This document shows, one piece after another, positions 37,652 through 47,131 of a stretch of 64,000 nucleotides of DNA. Below the pieces are notes generated by a model. The model had not been told where the DNA came from. It worked only from the letters and a program-made list of their open reading frames with translations, and made no database searches. The translations under genes were made by a program, and so were the position numbers. Position 1 is the stretch's first letter, and every line of letters starts with the position of its first letter. Location: NCBI GenBank assembly GCA_030753015.1, contig JASMDC010000006.1, positions 32,001-96,000 on the forward strand, in the 5' to 3' direction. This DNA comes from Candidatus Undinarchaeales archaeon. Its GTDB lineage: Archaea; SpSt-1190; JASMDC01.

Positions 37652-40092
37652 CAGTCACCACCTCCTAGGGCTTTCTCGAAGGCTTTCTTCGTCTTGTCCA
37701 GTTCTTCCTTCGTCACGTTCTCGACGATGGTATGCATCTGTTCGATCGTGTCAGCGAACATCTGGCCCTCGGCGGCGGAGAACCATCCCAGGTGCAACCG
37801 GTTCTTGTCAAGACCCAGCTTATCCATCCTCTTCCAGAAGCGCTCCACACGCTTCTTGGCATAATGATTGGCGTCGATGTAGTGACAGTCGCCGATGTGG
37901 CAGCCCGAGACGAGCACCGTGGCGACCCCCCGTGCGAAGGCCCGCTCGATGAACTTCTTGGCCATCCTCCCCGAGCACATCATCCTGATTATGCGCACGC
38001 TGGTGGGGTACTGCATCCGGCTCACTCCCGCGAAGTCCGCTCCCGCATAGGAGCACCAGTTGCAGCAGAACGCCAGGATCTTCTTGTCGGCGTCCTCCGC
38101 GGTGGCCGCGTCGATCTGGGAGAAGATCTGCTCGTCGGTGAAGTGGCGCATGACCAAGGCGGCTGAGGGACATTCCGCTCCGCAGGTGCCGCACCCGTGG
38201 CACGCGGCCTCGATGATCGTAATCTTCTTAGTCTTCTTGTCGAAGGCGATGGCGTTGTAGGGGCAGACCTTGGCGCACAGGCCGCAACCTATGCACTTCT
38301 CGTCGATCAGCTTCGGCGTGATTGCCTCCACCTTCACCTTTCCCTTGGCCATGAGGATGCTCGCGCGGGCAGCCGCGGCGCTGGCCTGGGTCACACTGTC
38401 CTTGATGGCCTTGGGTGATTCTGCGGTCCCGGCGAAGAAGATACCGCCGGTGGGCGCGTCCACCGGCCGGAGCTGTGGGTGCGCTTCCATGAAGAATCCG
38501 TCCGCGGTCCGGGACAGGTTGAAGAGGCGCTGGATCTTGTCGGCGTCCTCCCCGGGCTTCAGACCGATGGACAGGATCACCATCCCTGTGTCGATCTGGT
38601 ACAACTCCTTTTGAAGGGTGTTCTCTCCGACTAGACGCAGGTCCCCTCCCTTGCGCTCGAAGATCTCGGCGGGTAGCCCGCGGATGAATATAACGCCCGC
38701 GGCCTTCGCCCGCCTGAAGAGGTCCTCGTATCCCTTGCCGAAGCACCGCATGTCCACGAAGAACACGTAGATCTTGGTGTCAGGCCAGTGCTCCTTGATG
38801 AGCAGGGCGTCCTTGATGGAGTTCATGCAGCATACGCTGCTGCAGTAGGGCAGGCCGCATTTCTCGGATCGCGAGCCCACGCACTGGACGAACGCCACCG
38901 ACTCCGGTATCGCCCGGTCGCTGGGCCGTATCAGATGACCTCCGGAAGGCCCGCCGGCGTTGATCAGGCGCTCGAACTCAAGCGATGTAAGGACGTTCGG
39001 GAACCGACCGTAGCCGTACATCTTCAGGGGAGAGGGATCGTACACATCCGCGCCGGTTGCGATGATGACGGTGCCCACATCGAGTTCGACCTTCTCGGGC
39101 TCCTGCCGGAGGTCGATCACCCCCGCACCCGAGGCCTTGCACACCCTCACGCATTCGTGGCACCGTATGCAGCTGTCCATGTCCACGATAAAGGTCGATG
39201 GCACTGCCTGGGCGAAGGGCGTGTAGATGGCCTTCCGCGGGGCGAAGCCTGTGTCGAACTTGTTGGGGACCTGGACCGGGCAAACCTTGGCGCAGTCCCC
39301 GCAGGCCTTGCACTCCTCCACGACGTACCGGGGCCTCTTCAGGACCGTCGCCGTGAAGTTCCCGATGTACCCTTTAACGTCAACGACCTCGCTGTTGGCC
39401 ATGAGCTCGATGTTCGGGTGTCGGCCCACGTCGGACATCACCGGCGCGAGGATGCAGATGGAGCAGTCCAGTGTGGGGAAGGTCTTGTCGATCTGGGCCA
39501 TCCTGCCCCCGATGCTGGGCTCCTTCTCCACGAGGTAGACCTTGTATCCTGTGTCAGCTAGGTCGAGAGCGGCCTGTAGCCCGGCGACCCCGCCACCGAC
39601 GATCAGGGTCTTCCTTATCACGGGGACCTCGAGCTCCACCTGGGGCCTGAGCAGGGATACCTTGGCCACCGCCATCCTGACCAGATCCTTGGCTTTCTGG
39701 GTGCCTTTCTCCTTCTCATATAGGTGGACCCAGCTGCAGTGGTCCCGAATGTTGGCCATCTCAAACAGGTATTTGTTCAACCCGGCCGCCTCACAGGCCT
39801 TTCGGAAGGTGGGCTCGTGGAGACGGGGGGTGCAGGATGCGACAACGACCCTGTTCAATTTTTCCTCCTTGATGTCGGTCCTGATTTCATCCTGCCCCGG
39901 GTCCGAGCAGCAGTACCTGTTGGTCTTCGCAACGACGACGTTCGGGAGCGTGGACGCGAACTTGGCGACGCCCTCAACGTCAACGGACCCGGCGATGTTC
40001 AGACCGCAGTGGCACACGAACACGCCCACTCGGATCTCGTTGTCATCACTGGAGGGTTCAGATGTCTTCTTGCTCGCTTTTCCTTTTGCCAC
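37651..40092 (-). CDS. hdrA: Heterodisulfide reductase subunit A fused to MvhD
   Basis: GVFVCHCG.NIAG, SCTPRLHEPTF, GGGVAG, DKTFPT.DC, LEFERL, QCVGSR, CS.VCCM..IK, ferredoxin motifs, then MvhD (FCCNWCSYAGAD, MCSGR, GCHIGDCHY, SAAEG). Confidence 0.95.
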   Translation of the reverse strand: MAKGKASKKTSEPSSDDNEIRVGVFVCHCGLNIAGSVDVEGVAKFASTLPNVVVAKTNRYCCSDPGQDEIRTDIKEEKLNRVVVASCTPRLHEPTFRKACEAAGLNKYLFEMANIRDHCSWVHLYEKEKGTQKAKDLVRMAVAKVSLLRPQVELEVPVIRKTLIVGGGVAGLQAALDLADTGYKVYLVEKEPSIGGRMAQIDKTFPTLDCSICILAPVMSDVGRHPNIELMANSEVVDVKGYIGNFTATVLKRPRYVVEECKACGDCAKVCPVQVPNKFDTGFAPRKAIYTPFAQAVPSTFIVDMDSCIRCHECVRVCKASGAGVIDLRQEPEKVELDVGTVIIATGADVYDPSPLKMYGYGRFPNVLTSLEFERLINAGGPSGGHLIRPSDRAIPESVAFVQCVGSRSEKCGLPYCSSVCCMNSIKDALLIKEHWPDTKIYVFFVDMRCFGKGYEDLFRRAKAAGVIFIRGLPAEIFERKGGDLRLVGENTLQKELYQIDTGMVILSIGLKPGEDADKIQRLFNLSRTADGFFMEAHPQLRPVDAPTGGIFFAGTAESPKAIKDSVTQASAAAARASILMAKGKVKVEAITPKLIDEKCIGCGLCAKVCPYNAIAFDKKTKKITIIEAACHGCGTCGAECPSAALVMRHFTDEQIFSQIDAATAEDADKKILAFCCNWCSYAGADFAGVSRMQYPTSVRIIRMMCSGRMAKKFIERAFARGVATVLVSGCHIGDCHYIDANHYAKKRVERFWKRMDKLGLDKNRLHLGWFSAAEGQMFADTIEQMHTIVENVTKEELDKTKKAFEKALGGGD

Positions 40093-40097
40093 GGTCC

Positions 40098-41513
40098 TCA
40101 GCTCCCCTCCGTTCTGTCTGCGAGATACTTGTCGATCGACGTGGCAGCCCGCTTTCCGGCAATGATCGCCTCCATCGCCGAGGCGGGGCCCGACACCGCG
40201 TCCCCCCCGGCGAACACGATGGACCGGCTCGTCTCCATGCTGAACGGATCTGCGATGATTGTGCCCCTTCCAGCGAGCTTGAACGCTCTCAGGATCCCGG
40301 GATCCAATGTCATTCCGATAGCGACTATGATGGAATCAGCCTCCACGACGGACTCCGTACCGGACTCGACCTTCGGGCAGAAGAAACCCAAGGGGTCGAG
40401 CACCGAAAGGCACTTCAGGCTCTCCACACCCGTACATCGTCCGTTCGCCCCGATGATCCGCGTAGGCATCCTGGCGGGATGGAGGACAACACCCTCTTTA
40501 ACGGCCTCCTCGATCTCAGGCCCGAACGCAGGCATCTCCTGCCGTGATTCACCACAGACGATGTGTGCCTCCTTGGCACCGAGCCGCAATACGGTCCGGG
40601 CCGCGTCCATGGCCACATTACCGCCCCCGATGATCACAACCTTGTCCCCGAGATCGAACCGAGTGCCCGTCTTCGTTCCACTCAGGAAGCCGAGTACATC
40701 GAATACACCTTCCAGGTCCTCGCCAGCGATACCGATCCTCCTGCTCATGTGGAGACCGGTTGCGACGAACACCGCTTGGTAGCCCTCCTCTAGGAGGTCG
40801 TCGAGTTCGGGGGCCTTGGTACCGGTCCTGATGTCCACGCCCCGGTTCTCGATCCGCTGGATGTCGGCGTCGAGCGCCTTTGAGGGCAGCCTGAACTCGG
40901 GTATACACCTTCTCGGCATGCCTCCAGCCTCGGGTAGGCATTCGAACACCGTGACGGGATACCCTTTCCCGGCCAGTTCCCAAGCGGCCGTGAGCCCCGC
41001 AGGACCAGAACCGACGATGGCGATCCTCTCGTCATGGGTGATGGGGGGTGGTTCCTCCCCTTTGATCATGCGTTCATATTCGGTGATGAAGCTCTCGAGC
41101 GCTTCGGCGACCTGCGGTTTTTCCACGTGGCCGTGAAGGGGATTGAAGCAGATATAAGTGCATACCGCGGGCAGGGGCATTTCGTTCTTGATGATTTCCT
41201 GGGCCTCCTTGAACGCCTCAAGGTGTCCCCTCTCGGCCGCAGCGTCCTTCATCTGCAGGAGGAGCTCTGGCACCGCGAGTCCTTGGGGGCATCGCCGGTG
41301 ACACCGGTAGCACCAGGCGCACAGCCAGATGGCCGTACCATTCATGACCTTCTCAGGATCGAACGGGAGCCCTTGGAGAAGGCTCCGGGGATTGTAGTGA
41401 TGAGGGAGCAGCTCCATCATTGGGCAGCTCGCGGTGCAGACACCGCACTGGAAACAGAATTTCAGTTGATCAGTCTCCAGTAGCTCCTTTAGGATCTCGT
41501 CGTTCGTTCCCAT
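40098..41513 (-). CDS. HdrC-like ferredoxin fused to a GltD/NfnB-type FAD/NAD(P)-dependent oxidoreductase
   Basis: CFQCGVCTASCP and IWLCAWCYRC..RCP (HdrC-like), then PLPAVC..IC, IAIVGSGPAGL, IPEFRLP, GGGNVAMDAAR, EMPA and FAGGDAV.GP. ATG 41513 after GAGGAG. Confidence 0.85.
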   Translation of the reverse strand: MGTNDEILKELLETDQLKFCFQCGVCTASCPMMELLPHHYNPRSLLQGLPFDPEKVMNGTAIWLCAWCYRCHRRCPQGLAVPELLLQMKDAAAERGHLEAFKEAQEIIKNEMPLPAVCTYICFNPLHGHVEKPQVAEALESFITEYERMIKGEEPPPITHDERIAIVGSGPAGLTAAWELAGKGYPVTVFECLPEAGGMPRRCIPEFRLPSKALDADIQRIENRGVDIRTGTKAPELDDLLEEGYQAVFVATGLHMSRRIGIAGEDLEGVFDVLGFLSGTKTGTRFDLGDKVVIIGGGNVAMDAARTVLRLGAKEAHIVCGESRQEMPAFGPEIEEAVKEGVVLHPARMPTRIIGANGRCTGVESLKCLSVLDPLGFFCPKVESGTESVVEADSIIVAIGMTLDPGILRAFKLAGRGTIIADPFSMETSRSIVFAGGDAVSGPASAMEAIIAGKRAATSIDKYLADRTEGS

Positions 41514-41541
41514 CGTTACTCCTCGATACAGCTGTAGGGGA

Positions 41542-42318
41542 TCAATCCATGAGGAGGATGGTCCCCTTTCCGTTCTCAACGAGGTCCCCGGTGAACGTCT
41601 TAAAATCCCCGCTGAATCCCTCGCCCTCGATTTTGGGGTCCTTGATAGAGCCCCCTTCCTTGAATCCGAGCATGAGCTCTCCTTTCGAGACTACGATGGT
41701 CCCACCGGTCATCTGGGCACCGACGCGTGGGCCTGCTGTGCCCTCGATGACGATGAGCCCCTTCTTCATGTGGATGCCCGTGAACAGGTCAGTATCACCC
41801 TTGATGACGATCGTGCCACCGGCGAGCCTGCTGCCAACCTCGACACCTGCGTTCCCGTGTACTGTGATCCTGCCACCCTTCATGCCCGCTGACTCACCCC
41901 TGTAGGCCGCGCCCAGGTAGTCGGATGCGTTGCCCTTGATGACGAGCTCGCCACCGGACATGTCCATGCCACAGAACGCGTCGCAGTTTCCTTCCACCAC
42001 GATCCTGCCGCCCGACATCCGGTAGCCGCAGTACATACCGCCGTCCCCGTTCACCTGGACCTCGCCCTCAGCGAGGGCCTCGCCGATGCGCTTGAACTTG
42101 CTCAGATCGTCACCCTCGAGCACGATCAGTCGGCCTTTACCCTTCTCGTCCTCGATGGTCACATCGAAGAAGTCACTCAGTGTGCGTTCCTGGTTCCCCT
42201 CGTGGACGGCTACCTTCTTGATCTCAGCAAGGGTCATCCCGAAGAGCTGGTGGTTGACACCATCGGCCTCGACATTGATGTCGTCTACATTGTTCTTGGA
42301 CCGCAGGAGTATCTTCAT
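41542..42318 (-). CDS. fwdC: Formylmethanofuran dehydrogenase subunit C (set 2)
   Basis: EGNQ...L.DFF, Gly-rich repeats, AYRG...GMKGG and GDL.ENGKG. Confidence 0.92.
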   Translation of the reverse strand: MKILLRSKNNVDDINVEADGVNHQLFGMTLAEIKKVAVHEGNQERTLSDFFDVTIEDEKGKGRLIVLEGDDLSKFKRIGEALAEGEVQVNGDGGMYCGYRMSGGRIVVEGNCDAFCGMDMSGGELVIKGNASDYLGAAYRGESAGMKGGRITVHGNAGVEVGSRLAGGTIVIKGDTDLFTGIHMKKGLIVIEGTAGPRVGAQMTGGTIVVSKGELMLGFKEGGSIKDPKIEGEGFSGDFKTFTGDLVENGKGTILLMD

Positions 42319-43991
42319 TTCTTACACCTCTCCATGACCATCTCGCTCTCCCCGAGATAGTCCATCTGCACGGGGTAGTTATCGAGCGAAACGGAGTAGT
42401 ACCCTTCGAACCGCTTTCTCAGGTCCTTCTCGATGACGTCCGTCCGGGGTTTCGTGTCGATCCAGAGCGTCCTTCCCGTAACGGCATTGACGACCTTCCC
42501 GTCCTTGACCGCGAGTTGGCCGCCCTTGATGGTGTATGCACAGTGCCTGAAGGCACGTTCGATCGTTGCGCCGTCCTTCTCCTCGACACCGATGTCGTAC
42601 ACCGCAACGTCCGCATCGGCACCGATCCCCAGGTGCCCCTTGTTAGCGAGACCAAGGGTCTGTGCGGTGCCTCGTGTGATAAGACAGATATCGAAGAGGT
42701 CCAGTTCACGGTCCATGTCGGAGATGGCGGCCTTGCTCTTCACGGCATCGTGGAGCGTGGCTATGGTCTCGGCCCTGGCCTTCTTGGACATGAGCCATGC
42801 GATCATCTCCGCATAGCATGTGAAGGGGCCACCGTTCGGATGGTCCGTGCTCAGGTGTATCTTCGCAAGGTCCTTTAACGCAAGGACCATCTCGAGACCG
42901 ACGGCCCACTGGATCGCGTTCACGCTGACATCCTTCCGATACTCGTAGGGAACGACCCCAGTACCAGCCTCGAGCTCAACGTCGAAGTTTATCCATTTCT
43001 GCTTGCCGAGCTGGTGGAGATGGAACTCGAAGGGCCCGTCGGCCGTCATGGTCGTTGTGGGCTCGAAGCAGACGTTCCCCGTGTCGACCGTGATGTTCGG
43101 GGTCTTGTCGATCTTCTCGGCGAGCTCGACCCCCCTGGACTCGAACGTCCTCCAGGAGTCGCCACCGTACCCGTTGAACTGTAGGTGTGTGATGTGCAGG
43201 ACGGACCGTTCCTTGTTGGTGAGGCCTTTGACGGAGTCGATGGTCTCGAGCGCGGTCGTGTAGTTACCGGGGGTGCCGAGGTTGTTGCAGTGGAGGTGAA
43301 CCGCATGGGGGAGCCCGAGGCTCTCGTTGATGTCCACAAGACCCCGGATGATCTCCCGCGGCGTCACCTCGAAGTGCGTGCAGGGATCGTCAAGGCCGTC
43401 AACGTTCTTGCCCCACGCCCAGCTGGCCGTACCGCCAGGGTTCACGCATTTGATACCATAGCACTTGGTGGCCAAGAGCATCCATGCGACCCACTCCTTG
43501 CATCGATCGATGTCGCCGGCCTTGAGGTACTCGATGACCTGATGATTGTTGCCCAAGAGGAGGAGCCCGGTCTTGTCGAGCATCGGGATATCATGGAACT
43601 CTTCGTGGGTGTGCCTGGCCTTCAGAGGAGGGACCGCAGGCTCGATGACCGTTGTGTAGCCCATCTCGGAGTAGGTGTACCCGGTCAGAAACGTTGTGGG
43701 TACGGAGAAACCGGAGCCGGCCCGTGTGACGTTCGTTCTCGGGACGGTGCGCATCCGGCTGTCCTCTGGTCTGAAGAGCCGGCCGCTGTTCACCTTCGAG
43801 CCGGCGATATGCGCATGGATGTCGACGCCGCCCGGGAACACTACCTTCCCGGCCAGGTCAATGGTCTCGGCCTTTTTGCCGAGATCTTTCTCGGCGACCA
43901 TCTTCCCGTCCTTGATGAAGAGGTCCATCTTCTCGCCACGGATCCCGTTCTTGGGATCGAAGACGATACCGTTCTTGAGTATCAGTCCCAT
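42315..43991 (-). CDS. fwdA: Formylmethanofuran dehydrogenase subunit A (set 2)
   Basis: DIHAHIAGSKVN.GR, K.VNPGG, HLHCNNLG.PGNY, HITHLQF, TMTADGP and STDHPNGGPF. ATG 43991. Confidence 0.96.
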   Translation of the reverse strand: MGLILKNGIVFDPKNGIRGEKMDLFIKDGKMVAEKDLGKKAETIDLAGKVVFPGGVDIHAHIAGSKVNSGRLFRPEDSRMRTVPRTNVTRAGSGFSVPTTFLTGYTYSEMGYTTVIEPAVPPLKARHTHEEFHDIPMLDKTGLLLLGNNHQVIEYLKAGDIDRCKEWVAWMLLATKCYGIKCVNPGGTASWAWGKNVDGLDDPCTHFEVTPREIIRGLVDINESLGLPHAVHLHCNNLGTPGNYTTALETIDSVKGLTNKERSVLHITHLQFNGYGGDSWRTFESRGVELAEKIDKTPNITVDTGNVCFEPTTTMTADGPFEFHLHQLGKQKWINFDVELEAGTGVVPYEYRKDVSVNAIQWAVGLEMVLALKDLAKIHLSTDHPNGGPFTCYAEMIAWLMSKKARAETIATLHDAVKSKAAISDMDRELDLFDICLITRGTAQTLGLANKGHLGIGADADVAVYDIGVEEKDGATIERAFRHCAYTIKGGQLAVKDGKVVNAVTGRTLWIDTKPRTDVIEKDLRKRFEGYYSVSLDNYPVQMDYLGESEMVMERCKK

Positions 43992-43992
43992 T

Positions 43993-45360
43993 CTACTTGC
44001 CCCCTCTTTTCTCCTTGACACGTTCAAGGATCTTCGCGACGATGTCCGTGTCCGACGGCACGTCACTATTGATGACCTTCTTCAGTCGTATGGGGACCCC
44101 GTCCATTCGGTAGGCCGTCCCCTCGGCCTCAACTCCGGTGACCGCGCATGGGAGGTAGACGTCGGCGAACTTGGACGTGATGGTCTCGTGAGGATCGATG
44201 ACGATGACCGGCATATTGCTGAACCGTCGTGCAGCCTCCTTCGGGAGGTGCGCGACCGGATCGGACGCGACGATGAACAGGCAGTCCGCATCGTCCCGCA
44301 TCAGCAGGTCCACCAGCGAGGTCTCTCCGGGATTGTATCTTGCATACCCCCTCGTGAGGTCCACGGCGAACGGGTAACCCGTCTGCCACGTGAACACCTC
44401 GGCGGCGCCCGTGACATTGTAATGGCCACGCATGGGGCGGATGACGACCTTCGTGTCCTTGTTGAGCTCGGCCCCAAGAGAGAGGATAGCGTCGATGTTC
44501 CGATGCCTGCCGCGTGTCATGGTCAGCCCGAGGCCGAAGAAGAACGCGCAGAACTTCGAGCGCTTGAGCCTCTGGGCGAGCTTCATGACCTTCTTCTTGA
44601 TGACGCCCGTGCCAGGTATCTCGTCCGGTAGCTCCTCCCCCTTCATAGCGAGCCTGAGCGCGTGGATCAGCTCGTAATCCGCGTTCGGATCAACCTTGAT
44701 GAACTGGGTGGCGACACTCGTGGACGCGGTCTCCCTGACGTCGACGACGACGACCTCCCGGTCCTGGCGTCCCTTCTCCCTGAAGGCGCCCCTGGGGTAG
44801 ACCGTGTACCTGCTCATGTGGCGCATGTGCGCCTCGGAGGGGTTGCACCCCCAGTAGATGATGAGGTCCGCATGGTTGAGGACCGTTCCCAGTGTGCAGG
44901 AGGAAATGCCCACGTCCTGGACGGCCAGGGTGGAGGGGCCATGGCAGACGGAAGAGGTCTGATCGATGACACCGCCGATCTCCTCCGCAAGGGCAATCCC
45001 TTCACGGGTAGCCTCCACCGAAGTGGATGCCCATCCGAAGAGCACCGGTTTCTTGGCAGCGAGGAGCAGATCGGCCGCCTTGTCGATGCACGCATCCAGC
45101 TTGGCCTCATTGAACGCGTCGTCAGGAGCCTTCTTGTCACCGCTCTTCTTCCTGAGCAGGTTCTTCCTCGTCGCCCCCTTGGTGATGGACTTCTTGAACT
45201 TGAAGTATCCGACCCCGCACGCGTGATAGATCTCGGCCTCGTCGTCCCCCGTCCTCTTGATATGGATGTCGTCGCAGAGGTTGCCGCAAAACGGGCACGT
45301 GACGTCCGTGACATCGGTGAGATCGGGCTTGATGTTCGTGAGTTTCTCTTCCTCGGCCAT
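43993..45360 (-). CDS. fwdB: Formylmethanofuran dehydrogenase subunit B (set 2)
   Basis: CPFCGNLCDD, SVCHGP (Cys, not Sec), WGCNP..AH.RHMSRY, PMRGHYNV and YRMDGV. Confidence 0.95.
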   Translation of the reverse strand: MAEEEKLTNIKPDLTDVTDVTCPFCGNLCDDIHIKRTGDDEAEIYHACGVGYFKFKKSITKGATRKNLLRKKSGDKKAPDDAFNEAKLDACIDKAADLLLAAKKPVLFGWASTSVEATREGIALAEEIGGVIDQTSSVCHGPSTLAVQDVGISSCTLGTVLNHADLIIYWGCNPSEAHMRHMSRYTVYPRGAFREKGRQDREVVVVDVRETASTSVATQFIKVDPNADYELIHALRLAMKGEELPDEIPGTGVIKKKVMKLAQRLKRSKFCAFFFGLGLTMTRGRHRNIDAILSLGAELNKDTKVVIRPMRGHYNVTGAAEVFTWQTGYPFAVDLTRGYARYNPGETSLVDLLMRDDADCLFIVASDPVAHLPKEAARRFSNMPVIVIDPHETITSKFADVYLPCAVTGVEAEGTAYRMDGVPIRLKKVINSDVPSDTDIVAKILERVKEKRGGK

Positions 45361-45361
45361 C

Positions 45362-45772
45362 TCAAGCACCCCCGTACAGGTCGCCAAGTAGTTTGTCCAG
45401 GCTCGTGATCCCTTGTCCCATGGACGTGGACACCTCGGCCGGGATCCCCTTGTACGACGGCATCCCCGTGTGACTTGTGTCCGTCGGGATGAGCGCGTTC
45501 GCCCACGGGCCGAGCGGCACGGCGATGACGCCCGGTGAGTTCATGGTCGGTCGTACCCTGAGCTCCACGGAGCCCACCTTGGTAGTGACCTTCACGATAG
45601 CGTCCTCCTTCACGCGGAGCCGGTTCATGTCATCCTCGTCCATGAGGACAGTCGAGCATTCATCTCGGTACTCCTGGGTGAGCTTCCCCATTTCCAGAGC
45701 CTCGCCCTGTCTGGCGGTTCGTACCGTGACCAGGGTGCATTTGATCGGTGGTGCTAGGATGAGAAATCCCAT
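45362..45772 (-). CDS. fwdD: Formylmethanofuran dehydrogenase subunit D (set 2)
   Basis: RT.RQG..LE.GK...Y, P.GPWAN and TGMPSYKG. Confidence 0.9.
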   Translation of the reverse strand: MGFLILAPPIKCTLVTVRTARQGEALEMGKLTQEYRDECSTVLMDEDDMNRLRVKEDAIVKVTTKVGSVELRVRPTMNSPGVIAVPLGPWANALIPTDTSHTGMPSYKGIPAEVSTSMGQGITSLDKLLGDLYGGA

Positions 45773-45782
45773 ATCGATAACC

Positions 45783-46241
45783 TCAGATGAATTCGAACGC
45801 CTTCTTGGGGCATGCGTCTCCGCATACTCGGCACGTCTTTGTAGCCACCTCGCCTGAGACGCGGCGGCATTTCTCGAGCCTCACGATCTTGATGCGACCG
45901 TTGATGACCTTCAGAATGACCTCGTCGCTGTCGGGTCCCTTACCTCCGGCCGCCTTGGGATCGACCACGTTCACGGGACATGCCACGAGACAGTTGGCGC
46001 AGCCGTCGCAGAGCTCCTCGTGCACGATCAGGCCCGAGGCCTCGGCGCCCTTGATCGTCTCTAGAATCTCCAGGAGTTTCTCCCTGTTCTCCTGGAACTC
46101 CTCGGCCGTTACGGGAAGGCATTCCTCCAGCTTCGCCTCGTTCTTTAGGAGCGCCATTGCGAACGCCATGCACGATTTCTGCGGGCACTTCTCGCAGTTC
46201 GTTTTAGGCAGGAGATTGTAGAAATCCATTGCACGTACCAT
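45783..46241 (-). CDS. Fe-S-domain + ferredoxin protein (FwdG/FmdG-like)
   Basis: LLPKTNC.KC...SCMAFA..L......C Fe-S domain plus CDGCANCLVACP and C......C.VC...CP. Lies directly upstream of fwdD. Confidence 0.8.
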   Translation of the reverse strand: MVRAMDFYNLLPKTNCEKCPQKSCMAFAMALLKNEAKLEECLPVTAEEFQENREKLLEILETIKGAEASGLIVHEELCDGCANCLVACPVNVVDPKAAGGKGPDSDEVILKVINGRIKIVRLEKCRRVSGEVATKTCRVCGDACPKKAFEFI

Positions 46242-46266
46242 TTGGTATCACCGTCCCATGTCCCGG

Positions 46267-47130
46267 TCAGAGCTCCCGGAGGAATATCTTCTCGGGCCCG
46301 AGCTTTCCACCATAGTTACCTGCTGAGAGGCGTTCGATACCTTCAGCGTTCGTAAGCACGTCCACGGCGCTCTTGAAGCCCTTCGTCAGGGTATCGAGGT
46401 CGACCGCGTTGAAGATGAACTCGTAGATGGCCACCACGCCCTCAGGCACCGTGGAGTCATCGATGTTACAACTGAGTGTGGGGCAGCACGTGTGGTTGGT
46501 GGAGGCCTTGAGGAACGTGTACGTGCAGGAGCCGACCTTAGATCCGGACGCGCAAATGCCGCCGGGGAAGGGGGCGATGATGCCCTCGGTCCCTTCGATC
46601 CCTTCGATCACCCGCTCGCACGAGGTAAGACCCTTCTCGACATCGTTGACCATGACCCAGAGGTTGCCTGAGTAGCCCTTGGTATATCCGAAATTCTCCT
46701 CGATCAGGAACTCGCCGCCCATGATCGGGATCGAGTAGAGCTTCCGGCCCCATCGCTCGACTGCCGTTCCATACCCGTCGCCGAAGCAGTTCATCATCTT
46801 GCCGATGGGGAATGGCTCCTCCGATTCGATGAGGTTGAAGCATGCGGTGGTAGGCGCGGTGAGGACGCATTGACCAATCCGCTCTAGGAGCTGGTCCTTC
46901 AATTTCTTCGCTGAGGGATTGGTGATCATCACCGAGTACCCGGGCCGGCCGTCGGGTCCTGACTCGACGAACGTGTCGATGCCAGCTTCAGCGTCGCAGA
47001 AGATGATGGATGTAGCGAAGCCCACGGAGGCCTGGGCAGCGATGCGTGCCCATCGTTCGTTCGCGGCCGTGATGAGGAACCGCCCGCACTTCGTGCTGAA
47101 TACCTCTGAGAATGTGTCCTCGATTTCCAT
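46267..47130 (-). CDS. ftr: Formylmethanofuran--tetrahydromethanopterin N-formyltransferase
   Basis: IEDTF.E.F, GFATSII.C.AEAGID, RIGQCVLTAPTT, PFPGGIC.SGSK.GS and SAGNYGGKLG. Confidence 0.95.
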   Translation of the reverse strand: MEIEDTFSEVFSTKCGRFLITAANERWARIAAQASVGFATSIIFCDAEAGIDTFVESGPDGRPGYSVMITNPSAKKLKDQLLERIGQCVLTAPTTACFNLIESEEPFPIGKMMNCFGDGYGTAVERWGRKLYSIPIMGGEFLIEENFGYTKGYSGNLWVMVNDVEKGLTSCERVIEGIEGTEGIIAPFPGGICASGSKVGSCTYTFLKASTNHTCCPTLSCNIDDSTVPEGVVAIYEFIFNAVDLDTLTKGFKSAVDVLTNAEGIERLSAGNYGGKLGPEKIFLREL

Positions 47131-47131
47131 T

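Noticed and set aside
35921-45360. Selenocysteine in FwdB, HdrA or MvhD
   Set aside because: All relevant positions are Cys codons in uninterrupted ORFs; there is no in-frame TGA.
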